Assembly: GCA_019057385.1 (NCBI GenBank)
Contig: JAHQJS010000007.1
Span: forward strand, 512,001-576,000
Length of the DNA: 64,000 nucleotides
Direction of reading: 5' to 3'
Source: Candidatus Borrarchaeum weybense
GTDB taxonomy: Archaea > Asgardarchaeota > Sifarchaeia > Borrarchaeales > Borrarchaeaceae
In this document: positions 10,062-20,100 of the stretch, in pieces
How positions within the stretch are numbered: the first letter of the stretch is position 1
How the letters are laid out: every line of letters begins with the position of its first letter
Position numbers and translations under genes: made by a program
The notes under the pieces: model-generated
What the model was told of the DNA's origin: nothing
Seen by the model: the letters and a program-made list of their open reading frames with translations, nothing else
Database searches by the model: none

Positions 10062-10262
10062 AACAGTGATAATTGCATTTTTTTTATATTAATCGCTTGA
10101 ATTAAATAACTTATATGTTTAAGACTTCAATCACTCTAAACAGATCATTATTACCTATTTGTATGACCTATATTGCTTTTTTTAGTAATTCTTAAATACC
10201 CTTTCGGACACGATAACCAGTTCTTATAAAAATTTAGAATCTTTCTTAGGAGCGGTTTTTCA

Positions 10263-13200
10263 TTGGGAATAACTTGCATAATTAATAAGAAGCCTTATTA
10301 TTATATTTCAAAATTTAAAAATCCAAAAAAAGTTTTTTGCTTCGCTTTTATACTTATCTTCACTTTAAGCATAATATCTTATACTTTTCTTTTTGATAGT
10401 CGTTCACCTCAATTGGAGATTATTTCTCCACTGGACAATTCTACTGTTTTTGGAAACGTTAAGATTGAGGTAAATGCAGAGGCTTATCACGAGATTTATA
10501 GAGTAACATTAAGCATAAATGAGGGTACATCTTCACAGATGGATAAAATTAATGGAAATAGCCAGCAAGGCAAGTATGTTTATGTTTGGAATACGCAGGA
10601 GATTCCCGATGGAACATATGAACTTAATGTTCAATTGATTGACACTTTCGGACATACAACACAAAAACAAATTACAGTATATGTAAAGAACGTTTTTATT
10701 AGTACTTTCAGTAGTTCAGCAAAGGATTCTTCTAATGAATTGGTAACGGATTCAAACCAATACCACTATTTGTCTTTTGATCAGATATCGGAAACTGGTT
10801 TCATAGTGGAAACTGAAGAAATAGAAGAAACATTCAATGTAATTGTTGAAAAAACAGAAAGAGAGGAAGATAGGGTCCTAATATCAGGAGTTTTGTCATT
10901 TAACGGGCCACTTCCAGATGCTTTTTGGTTTAATGTAACAGGAGATACAGGACAGTTATTAAACTATAAATTTAACCCAGAAATTCCAGAAGATGCTATA
11001 TTGCAAATAACTGAGAATGAAGAACCGCCACTCATTATTAAAATAGACGGAAACGCGATAAACGAACAAGAAACCTATCTTTTCGAACTTTATTTTGAGA
11101 ATGACAATGAATTTAACGGTAAAATCAAAGTTGGAACTGGTACAACTGTTGTCTTAGTCTATGAAGCACAAAACGATCCTACTATAGACGGAACATTAAC
11201 TTCTGGAGAGTGGGATGGCGCTTATGTTATGGCATCAGATTGGAAAGCTGAAAATGGAGGAGCATCTCCAACATTTGATATCGCTGCATATATAATGCAG
11301 AACTCCACACATGTTCTTGTTGCTTTTAATATTTCAGATGCCATTATCGTGAGCGATCCCTATGGAGATTATGCAGTAGTTTATTTTGATGTAAATAATG
11401 ATGCTCCACCTCCACAAATTGTTGGTGATCCAGCGATAGATGACCATGGTTATGGTATAGTGAGAACTCCAACTGGAGGACTTCGTGAAGAACGTCAGGG
11501 AATAGGTACCAGCACAGGAAGGGAAGGTTGGGATGATTCAGGCAAATGGCGATATTGGGATATTATTGATCCTCCTTCTGCAGCTTGGAAATCTGGCTTC
11601 TTTGATGACGATACTTATTGGTCAATTGAATTAGCAATTCCTTTTTCTGAACTTGGAGTAACTTCTCAAGATGTAATCGGTATTAAATGTCTATACGGTG
11701 AGAGTGCAACTGAAACGGAATTCGCATGGCCACCTGGTGGCGGAGATCCAGGTGAACCTGTAGGTGATTTGGATGCAGAAGATGACACTGCCAGTTATGG
11801 TGATGCCTATTTGGATATTGATGGTCCAATAGTGTGGAACGTTACAGTAAGTCCTCAACAAGCGATAGAAGGAACTCTTTTCACGTTTACAGCAACTGTT
11901 AATACGACAGCGTCTGAAACGATTACCAGTGTAACAATAGATATTACAGAGCCTGATAAAACACCAGTAGCGTCTATTACTTTATATGATGACGGAACTA
12001 GTAGCGGTGATCTTGTTGCTGGAGATGATATCTGGACAGGCCAGTGGGATTCTACGGGGAATTCAGTTGGAGATTATTATTTATCAGTTGACGCAGAAGA
12101 CATTCAACTTGATTTAACAACAGTAAATAATATGACTTTAGTTGAGATAATAACGTCAGATATTCTACCGCCTGAAATCTCTAATGTTCAAATAACTCCT
12201 TCTGTAGGTCAATCCGGCGATAGTTTCACTATAAATGCTGATGTTACGGATCCTTCTGGTGTTAGTAGCGTGATTGCACATATTCAAACTCCTGATGAAA
12301 CTGATATTGCTACAGTAACTCTATATGACGATGGTTTGCACAATGATGGTGCTGATGATGATGGCACCTATGGAAATACTTGGGACTCCACAGGACAAGC
12401 AGAAGGTACTTATTACGTTGATATCGTTGCAACGGACACTGCTACAAACTCAGGAGAGTTAGAGAACGGAGACACGTTTATTATTGATAACACTGCTCCT
12501 AGTGTATCTAATGTCCAAGTGACACCTTCTGAAGGCCAGTCTGGCACTATTTTCACCATAACCACCGATGTCACTGATACACTTTCAGGTGTTAATAGTG
12601 TGATCGCTTATATCCAAATGCCTGATGAAACTACCATTGCTACTGTAACGCTGTATGATGATGGCTTGCATAATGATGGAGCTACTGGAGATGACACTTA
12701 CGGAAATACTTGGGACTCCACAGGGCAACCTGAAGGTACCTATTATATTGACGTTGTCGCAACAGATAATGCCAGTAATTTAGAAGAGGCTGAAGATGGG
12801 GACACGTTTATAATTGATAACACGCCGCCTGTAGTCTCAAATATTCAAGTATCTCCTTCTGCGGGTCAATCTGGTACAACTTTCATCATCACAGCGGATG
12901 TCTCGGATGCCTTGTCTTTAGTCAGCAGTGTGACGGCCTATATCCAAATGCCTGATGAAACTACCATTGCTACTGTAACGCTGTATGATGATGGCTTGCA
13001 TAATGATGGCACTGCCGGAGATGGCACCTACGGAAACACCTGGGACTCCACAGGACACGCTGAAGGCACCTATTATATTGACATTGTTGCAAGTGATGGT
13101 GTTGGCAATTCAGTAGAGGAGGAAAATGGGGACACGTTTATAATTGATGATAGTCCTCCAAATGTTTCCAATATACAGGTAACTCCTTCTGCCGGTCAAT

Positions 13201-15938
13201 CAGGGACTGTTTTCGTCATAACGGCTGACGTGTCAGACCTGCTCTCAGGAGTCAACAGTGTGACTGCCTATATCCAAATGCCTGACGAAACTACCATTGC
13301 TACCTTACAATTATTTGATGATGGCTTGCATAATGATGGCACTGCCGGAGATGGCACCTACGGAAACACCTGGGACTCCACAGGACAATCATCCGAGATA
13401 TATTTCATTGATATCGTTGCTGATGATAACCTAGGCAATTCAGGAGAAACTGAGAACGTTGACACATTTATTGTTGACGATGACCCACCTACACTTCCCG
13501 ATCCTTTTGTACCACAACAATCAGTTGAATATCCTAATGACCAAGATGATGTCACTATAACAATTCCAGATCCAATTGACCTTTCACCCATTGCTGTCTA
13601 CCTTAATTATACAATAAATGGAAACCCGCAATCTTCAATACTTATGCAATATGGTAGTTCATATAGCGGTACAATACCTGCCCAGCCTGCAGGTACAACA
13701 GTAACATACTTCTTTCATATTTTTGATAGTGCTGGAAATGATCTGGTTAATTCTAGTTCGGCTTATGCATATATTGTCGACGGTGCCCCACCTGAGATCT
13801 CAAATGTTCAAGTTACACCCTCTAGTGGTCAATCGGGGACTGTTTTCGTCATAACGGCTGATGTGTCAGACCTGCTCTCAGGAGTCAGCAGTGTGACTGC
13901 CTATATCCAAATACCTGATGAAACAACCATTGCTACAGTAACGCTGTATGACGATGGTTTGCACAATGATGGTGCTGCTGAAGATGGCACCTACGGAAAC
14001 ACCTGGGACTCCACAGGACAATCATCCGAGATATATTTCATTGATATCGTTGCTGATGATAATGCCAGCAACTCAGGCGAACTGGAGAATGGAAACACTT
14101 TTATCATTGATGACGATCCTCCTCAGGTTTCGAACGTTCAAGTTACGCCCTCTACAGGTCAACCTGGCACTATTTTCACCATAACCGCCGATGTCACTGA
14201 TACACTTTCTGATGTCATTAGTGTAACTGCTTATATCCAAATGCCTGATGAAACTACCATTGCTACAGTAACGCTGTATGATGATGGCTTGCATAATGAT
14301 GGAACTACTGGAGATGACACTTACGGAAATACCTGGGACTCCACAGGACAATCTATCGGTACCTTCTATATAGATATTGAAGCGGTAGATACTCTCGGTA
14401 ATTCTGGTGAGACTGAGAATGGAGCTATTTTTGCGACTGATGATACGCCGCCTGCAGTCTCAAACATTCAAGTATCTCCCTCTGCAGGTCAATCTGGTAC
14501 AATTTATACCATCACGGCGGATGTTTCGGATGCCCTGTCTGGAGTCAGCAGTGTGACTGCCTATATCCAAATACCCGATGAGACAACCATTGCTACAGTA
14601 ACGCTGTATGATGATGGCTTGCATAATGATGGTATTGCCGGAGATGGCACCTACGGAAACACCTGGGACTCCACAGGACAAGTTGATGGTACTTATTATA
14701 TTGATATCGTTGCAAGTGATGGTATTGGCAATTCAGTAGAGGAGGAAAATGGAGACACGTTTATAATTGATGATAATCCTCCAAATGTTTCCAATATTCA
14801 GGTAACTCCCTCTGCCGGTCAATCTGGTACAATTTATACCATCACAGCGGATGTTTCGGATGCCCTGTCTGGAGTCAGCAGCGTGACTGCCTATATCCAA
14901 ATGCCTGATGAAACAAACATAGCAACATTACAATTATTTGATGATGGAGCACATAGTGATGGATTAGCTGGAGATGGTACCTATGGAAACACATGGGACT
15001 CCACAGGTCAATCATCAGAGATATATTACATTGACATTGTTGCTGATGATAGCCTAGGCAATTCAGGAGAGACAGAGAACGGTGAAACATTGATTGTTGA
15101 CGATGACCCACCTACACTTCCTCCTGATTTTGAGCCACAACAATCAGTTATTGATCCAGATGATCAGGAAGCTGTCACCATTATAATACAAGATCCTCTC
15201 GATCTTTCGATTAGTGAGGTATATCTTAACTACACAACGAATGGAAACCCACAACCTTCAATACTTATGCAATATGGTAGTTCATATAGCGGTACAATAC
15301 CTGCCCAGCCTGCAGGTACAACAGTAGCATACTTCTTTCATATTTTTGATAGCGCTGGTAATGATTTAATTGAAAATAATGGTGGTTTGAACTATACATA
15401 CACAGTAAGCAGTTCTGGCGGTGGAGGAGGTGGCGGAGACGGTAGCAGTAGCAATGGTGACGGCGACAGTAGCAGTGGTAATGGAGGAAGCAAGACAACT
15501 GCAAAAACAATGATATTAACATTACTAACTGAAATTCCTTCTGCTGTTACTCAAGGTACAAGAGTCACTGTGAAATTTAGTTTAACAGATGAATCTGAGA
15601 ATGGCATAGAAGGTGCAATTGTTTCCTTAACGATAGCCAATGAATCAATAGTTTGCACTGATTTAGGAGATGGAATATATACCACTATGATTGACACTTC
15701 TGGTCTATCTCCAAGCGACTATACTGTATCAATCTCAGCAAGCAGTGAAGGCTATGAGTCAAAAACTACTACTTTCACTCTTACAGTAACTCAACAAGTT
15801 CCGTTGATTTTAGTAGGAGCAGGAGGCGTAATTGCAGCATGTGCAGTTCTTGGTATAATTCTGGTCTTAAAAAACGCTGGTATAATTTTTTCAAAAAAAT
15901 TAGCTTCATATTACCAGAAAATTCATCAAATGACCTAG
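10263..15938 (+). CDS. 1891-aa acidic cell-surface protein: Ig-like domain, DOMON/CBM9-like domain, nine LYDDG-type (choice-of-anchor X-like) repeats, Gly/Ser linker, Ig-like domain, C-terminal TM
   Basis: N-terminal hydrophobic segment; PTIDGTLTSGEW...WSIELAIPFSELG; repeated TLYDDGLHNDG..GDGTYGNTWDSTG; C-terminal LILVGAGGVIAACAVLGIILV. Confidence 0.85.
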   Translation: MGITCIINKKPYYYISKFKNPKKVFCFAFILIFTLSIISYTFLFDSRSPQLEIISPLDNSTVFGNVKIEVNAEAYHEIYRVTLSINEGTSSQMDKINGNSQQGKYVYVWNTQEIPDGTYELNVQLIDTFGHTTQKQITVYVKNVFISTFSSSAKDSSNELVTDSNQYHYLSFDQISETGFIVETEEIEETFNVIVEKTEREEDRVLISGVLSFNGPLPDAFWFNVTGDTGQLLNYKFNPEIPEDAILQITENEEPPLIIKIDGNAINEQETYLFELYFENDNEFNGKIKVGTGTTVVLVYEAQNDPTIDGTLTSGEWDGAYVMASDWKAENGGASPTFDIAAYIMQNSTHVLVAFNISDAIIVSDPYGDYAVVYFDVNNDAPPPQIVGDPAIDDHGYGIVRTPTGGLREERQGIGTSTGREGWDDSGKWRYWDIIDPPSAAWKSGFFDDDTYWSIELAIPFSELGVTSQDVIGIKCLYGESATETEFAWPPGGGDPGEPVGDLDAEDDTASYGDAYLDIDGPIVWNVTVSPQQAIEGTLFTFTATVNTTASETITSVTIDITEPDKTPVASITLYDDGTSSGDLVAGDDIWTGQWDSTGNSVGDYYLSVDAEDIQLDLTTVNNMTLVEIITSDILPPEISNVQITPSVGQSGDSFTINADVTDPSGVSSVIAHIQTPDETDIATVTLYDDGLHNDGADDDGTYGNTWDSTGQAEGTYYVDIVATDTATNSGELENGDTFIIDNTAPSVSNVQVTPSEGQSGTIFTITTDVTDTLSGVNSVIAYIQMPDETTIATVTLYDDGLHNDGATGDDTYGNTWDSTGQPEGTYYIDVVATDNASNLEEAEDGDTFIIDNTPPVVSNIQVSPSAGQSGTTFIITADVSDALSLVSSVTAYIQMPDETTIATVTLYDDGLHNDGTAGDGTYGNTWDSTGHAEGTYYIDIVASDGVGNSVEEENGDTFIIDDSPPNVSNIQVTPSAGQSGTVFVITADVSDLLSGVNSVTAYIQMPDETTIATLQLFDDGLHNDGTAGDGTYGNTWDSTGQSSEIYFIDIVADDNLGNSGETENVDTFIVDDDPPTLPDPFVPQQSVEYPNDQDDVTITIPDPIDLSPIAVYLNYTINGNPQSSILMQYGSSYSGTIPAQPAGTTVTYFFHIFDSAGNDLVNSSSAYAYIVDGAPPEISNVQVTPSSGQSGTVFVITADVSDLLSGVSSVTAYIQIPDETTIATVTLYDDGLHNDGAAEDGTYGNTWDSTGQSSEIYFIDIVADDNASNSGELENGNTFIIDDDPPQVSNVQVTPSTGQPGTIFTITADVTDTLSDVISVTAYIQMPDETTIATVTLYDDGLHNDGTTGDDTYGNTWDSTGQSIGTFYIDIEAVDTLGNSGETENGAIFATDDTPPAVSNIQVSPSAGQSGTIYTITADVSDALSGVSSVTAYIQIPDETTIATVTLYDDGLHNDGIAGDGTYGNTWDSTGQVDGTYYIDIVASDGIGNSVEEENGDTFIIDDNPPNVSNIQVTPSAGQSGTIYTITADVSDALSGVSSVTAYIQMPDETNIATLQLFDDGAHSDGLAGDGTYGNTWDSTGQSSEIYYIDIVADDSLGNSGETENGETLIVDDDPPTLPPDFEPQQSVIDPDDQEAVTIIIQDPLDLSISEVYLNYTTNGNPQPSILMQYGSSYSGTIPAQPAGTTVAYFFHIFDSAGNDLIENNGGLNYTYTVSSSGGGGGGGDGSSSNGDGDSSSGNGGSKTTAKTMILTLLTEIPSAVTQGTRVTVKFSLTDESENGIEGAIVSLTIANESIVCTDLGDGIYTTMIDTSGLSPSDYTVSISASSEGYESKTTTFTLTVTQQVPLILVGAGGVIAACAVLGIILVLKNAGIIFSKKLASYYQKIHQMT
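11815..15410 (+). repeat. Intragenic ~330-bp tandem repeats with a 1623-bp higher-order duplication
   Basis: Nine ~110-aa units; TGACCCACCTACACTTCC at 13481 and 15104 gives the 1623-bp period. Confidence 0.9.
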
Positions 15939-15963
15939 AAAAAGCAAAATTGGGGTATAAAAA

Positions 15964-16227
15964 ATTCTCCCGAAAACTAGTGAAGATATAGTATGGAAAA
16001 AGAATAATGACAAAATCGTTATATTTGATGCTAAAAGTGGAAAATTGTTTGAACTCAGTGAAACAGCCGCATACATATGGGAATTATGTGATGGACAAAA
16101 AACAGAAGACGACATAATTTCAATTTTAGCCAAAGAATTTAACAAAGATGAAGCAGATATCAGAGGAGACGTCATGGAATTTATGGAAGAGATGTATCAG
16201 AAAGGATTTCTTGATAAGAATACCTAA
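15964..16227 (+). CDS. Stand-alone PqqD/RiPP recognition element (RRE); 5' end lacks an in-frame canonical start
   Basis: In-frame ILPKTSEDIVWKKNNDKIVIFDAKSGKLFELSETAAYIWELCDGQKTEDDII...DVMEFMEEMYQKGFL is a classic PqqD pattern; in-frame TAA at 15958. Confidence 0.88.
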   Translation: MLPKTSEDIVWKKNNDKIVIFDAKSGKLFELSETAAYIWELCDGQKTEDDIISILAKEFNKDEADIRGDVMEFMEEMYQKGFLDKNT

Positions 16228-16485
16228 CATCATCTTTTTATCCTTTTTTGAGAATAGAAGAAGCAATCACAAATATTTCCTAAGACTGATAATGCAATGA
16301 AGACTAGGAGTTGGGATTAAGCAATTATGAAAATGAATATGCAGAATAATAATTAGAAAAGTAACTGTAATGATAGTAATAATTAAAAGAGAAAATTTAG
16401 AACTCTAAAAAAACAAAATCAAATCTCTTATGCTTAAACAAACAAGAAATCAATCCATTAGAAAAAACAACTGGTAGGGATTAAT

Positions 16486-16953
16486 ATATATCCATTTGGT
16501 CATATCTTCTTTGCTTTAATATTACTTGATATTTTTAGTCGAAGAGAAAGGATTGATATTTCTAATATGAATAAGCTCCTTGTTGCATTTCTTTCAATTT
16601 TTCCAGATATAGATTATGGGATTGACTTGATATATGGGACTCATTTTCATGGATTCCAGTTCTTTCCTCTTACAATATCATTTGTTATCGTTTCAATTCT
16701 ATATTTTAAAACAGAAAAATTTCACAGGAAAGGAATCTTTTTATTATTTATAGCTCTTGGAAGTCAGTTTTTCGGTGATTTACTAGTCGGATCACAAACT
16801 TACTTAATATTAGCATTCACGCTGCATGTAATTCCTGGCAATTTCTTTTTGTTTATGGCTTCATTTGAGATTATAATGCCTATAATTTTCCTTATTTACA
16901 AATTATTAACAAGGAATGCAGATATGACTACAGATACGGAAATGATGAATTAA
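16486..16953 (+). CDS. Membrane protein, YdjM/metal-dependent hydrolase-like
   Basis: Upstream extension (I)YPFGHIFFAL plus SIFPDIDY, HFH and several TM helices; probable ATA start after GGTAGGG. Confidence 0.5.
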   Translation: MYPFGHIFFALILLDIFSRRERIDISNMNKLLVAFLSIFPDIDYGIDLIYGTHFHGFQFFPLTISFVIVSILYFKTEKFHRKGIFLLFIALGSQFFGDLLVGSQTYLILAFTLHVIPGNFFLFMASFEIIMPIIFLIYKLLTRNADMTTDTEMMN

Positions 16954-17144
16954 TAAAAGCGAATAAAACCTGTGTCCTGTCAAATTTTCGTCTCTAATGG
17001 TGTTTTACTTTATTGAATAATTATTTATTTCTTTCAAAATTCTAAAAAGTCACAATACAAAATCTACAGTCTCAATTTAACAAAACATTACAAAAAAGCT
17101 TTTAAAAATGTCTTATAGTCTAATAATGAACCTCTATATTGAAA

Positions 17145-20100
17145 TCATCTTCGATGGCGTAGCCTAAGAACTTGATCCCGGATGATCACAAATATAGCCC
17201 CAAGAATTATTGACATCATACCAATCCGAATTGGCAGAAATAGACTAGAGATGTAATTATTAATAGCTGTCGGAATGATCATCTCTTTAATTTCTATGAC
17301 TTTTATTTCTTCATAGGTTGAATAGCCGTCTTTTTTTACTGTTATAGTAATTTCATGCATTCCCAGATTTAGATCAGTTGTATCTATTACACATGTATAT
17401 GTATCGACATCATCGAAAATTGCATAAAATATTTTTTCAAGAATTTCTAATTCTACTGAAGCATCGGAAATTATTTTGTTCTCATCATCAAATACCTTTA
17501 TTTTAACAAAGATTTTATCACCTTGGAAAACAGTTGTTTCGCTAAAGTTTATTATGGCAATTAAATCCAAATTATCCTGATCTCCACTGCCTCTTCCTCC
17601 ACCCCCAGTGTCCTCTTCTTGTGATGATTCAACTGTTACGATCAAAAAGTCGCTTGCAAAATTTCCAAAGGTGTCATTTGCATTTATTATATAAGTGTAC
17701 TCTCCAATGCTTAATCCGTCTATATTGATGATAATTTGAGCGCCACTTGAGTAAGATCCACTCTGAACCAAAATACCATTTCTTGTAACATTGTAGTAGT
17801 CTGGATGTGGTTCATTTATTATCCAACTAATGATATTCCCTGTAGTTCCTATCTCGTATGATATATCACCTGGAGAATTGAAAGTAGGAGGAGTAACATC
17901 AGGAGTAACCGTTATATTGATAATATCACTTGCCGAATTACCAGAGCTGTCATTTGCATATAGTATAAACGTATAAATTCCAACACCTAATCCATCTACA
18001 TTAACTAAAACACTTCCGTAGTATGCTCCGCTTTGTACCACAGTACCATTTCTTGTGACATTATATTTATCCGAATAGGGTTCATAAATCGTCCATGAAA
18101 TGGAATTTCCAGATTGTCCAGCCTCATATGAGAAATCTGCGGGTGAAGAAATTGAGGGGGCGGTGGTGTCCGGTCCAGTTTCAATTTCAATATTAGCACT
18201 GCTCGCAAAAGTATGATTGAAAGATAAGATCTTTGTTAAAAAATCGTGATTAAATAATACTGGTGCTCCATTGATTGTAATGGAAGCAACTGGGAGATTA
18301 CAATAAACTAAAAATTCAGCATCTGTGCCTGAATGAGCAGTAGCGTTTATTATATAGATATTTCCAATAGCACCTTCATTTGTAACTGACACTATATTAT
18401 CACTTGCTTTTGCATAGACCAATGAGATATATTCATATTTGGCTTCTTTAATAATAAACCAATGAGCAATTTCTCGTTCAAATGTAAACTCAAATCGTTC
18501 ACCTTTCTGGAAAAGTACATCTCCATTATCATCGGTTACTAAAGTCTTATTAGTTTCGCTTAGTTCAACGGAATCTAAAATATGTGAATTATATCCCAAA
18601 TTCGAGGTCGGACGGTCAAAGACATAGATCAAATAGTCTTTGTTTGCTTCCATAAAATCGGAAAAGTCCACCTGCGTTGTATGGTAAGGGATAGTCCGAA
18701 CTTCAAAATCAGTGCTTGAGAAAGAATCATAATAAATCGAAACAAGTGTTGCGTAAGAGTTGTTATAGACTGTATAGTACATATACTTGTCTCTTGTGAA
18801 ACCATTGACCCATCCTGCATCTAAGGTAACGTTTACATGACAAACTTTATCGGTATTATCTGTAAGATAATAAAATGTTCTCATAAATGTTTCAAAAAGT
18901 CTACCACCCATCGGGTAATCTAATGGGTAAGTACCTGAAGATTCATATGGCGTATAAGCAATATATCCGCTCCCAATATCATCTCTTATGTAAAGATAAG
19001 GCATTTTCCACGAATTGTCTCCATACCAAATGATAACATATTCAGCATTTGCCTCATTAGTTACATTATACATGCCATCTGCAAAATTGTTAACTCTTAA
19101 TCCTTCCCATTCGGGTTCTCCAAGCATATTAGGCAAATCAGGCTGATAACCTTCAGAATTATCTACTAATCCACGATACTCTTCGTCATTTATGATCCAA
19201 TGACTCTCATCAACAAAGAAATTATCATTTATTTCATCCCAACTAGCGTTAACGCATTGCAAACCCAATAATTGCTCCCAATATCCTGTTCCTAAACTAG
19301 TTCCATTTGTGCTATATCGTCCAACATCACCCATAAACCATACAGCCCCTCCATCCATCACATAGCTTGTAACACTCGAATTTAACTTGTCTGAATATAA
19401 TGAATGATAAGTTGTATCTGGGCTTCCAGTATTTTGCCCTGCAATTACTAGTAAATCACAATCATCTGGAATGCCATTTTCTTCAATATAATAAGTTGAG
19501 ATAAAATCAAGCTGAGCAGGCAATCGGAAAAATAAGGATTTATGATAAAGTCGTGGTGTCATTCTCGTCCCATCTGCTGCACCATAAAAATCTGAAATTT
19601 GTCGCGCGGATACACCGACCATAAAATAAACCTTTGCTATTTTGCGATCGGAAAATTGCTTGTATGTTTTCCATACTTCTCTGAAATCTTCATGTGCTTG
19701 CCTGTAATCATCATACCTATCTTCAGGAATATTATATCCATACGGGCTTTGGTGATTATACATAATTGCTGGTAAGGTACCTTGAGCACTTGTCCTTTGT
19801 AAAGTGGCTCTTAATCCTTCATGATCAAGATCATCTTGCCATGTTTCTTCCCAATCATTCATAAAAGGCACTCTAGTACTCCAATAGTCCACATAGTTGA
19901 TGAAATACTCATCATCAATATTAGTTCCTTTCTGATGTTCAAAAATATCTGCACCAAGCCGAATTGCCAAGTCTGAAGATTGTAGTCGATTATCATCACC
20001 ATCGTACAAAATTACGCTAACATTATGATTTTTTGCTTGATTAATTAAGAGTTTATACCATTCATTATGGATAAGCTTTTGTCTAAAGTATAACCAATCG

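Noticed and set aside
11815-15410. Long direct repeats as a CRISPR array or DGR template/variable pair
   Set aside because: Units are ~330-bp in-frame protein repeats without unique spacers; there is no cas or reverse transcriptase gene.
5750-16227. Canonical lasso peptide or PQQ cluster
   Set aside because: No lasso cyclase, B2 protease or PqqB/C/E is present. The peptide lacks ExxxY, and its predicted core has no ring-forming Asp/Glu.
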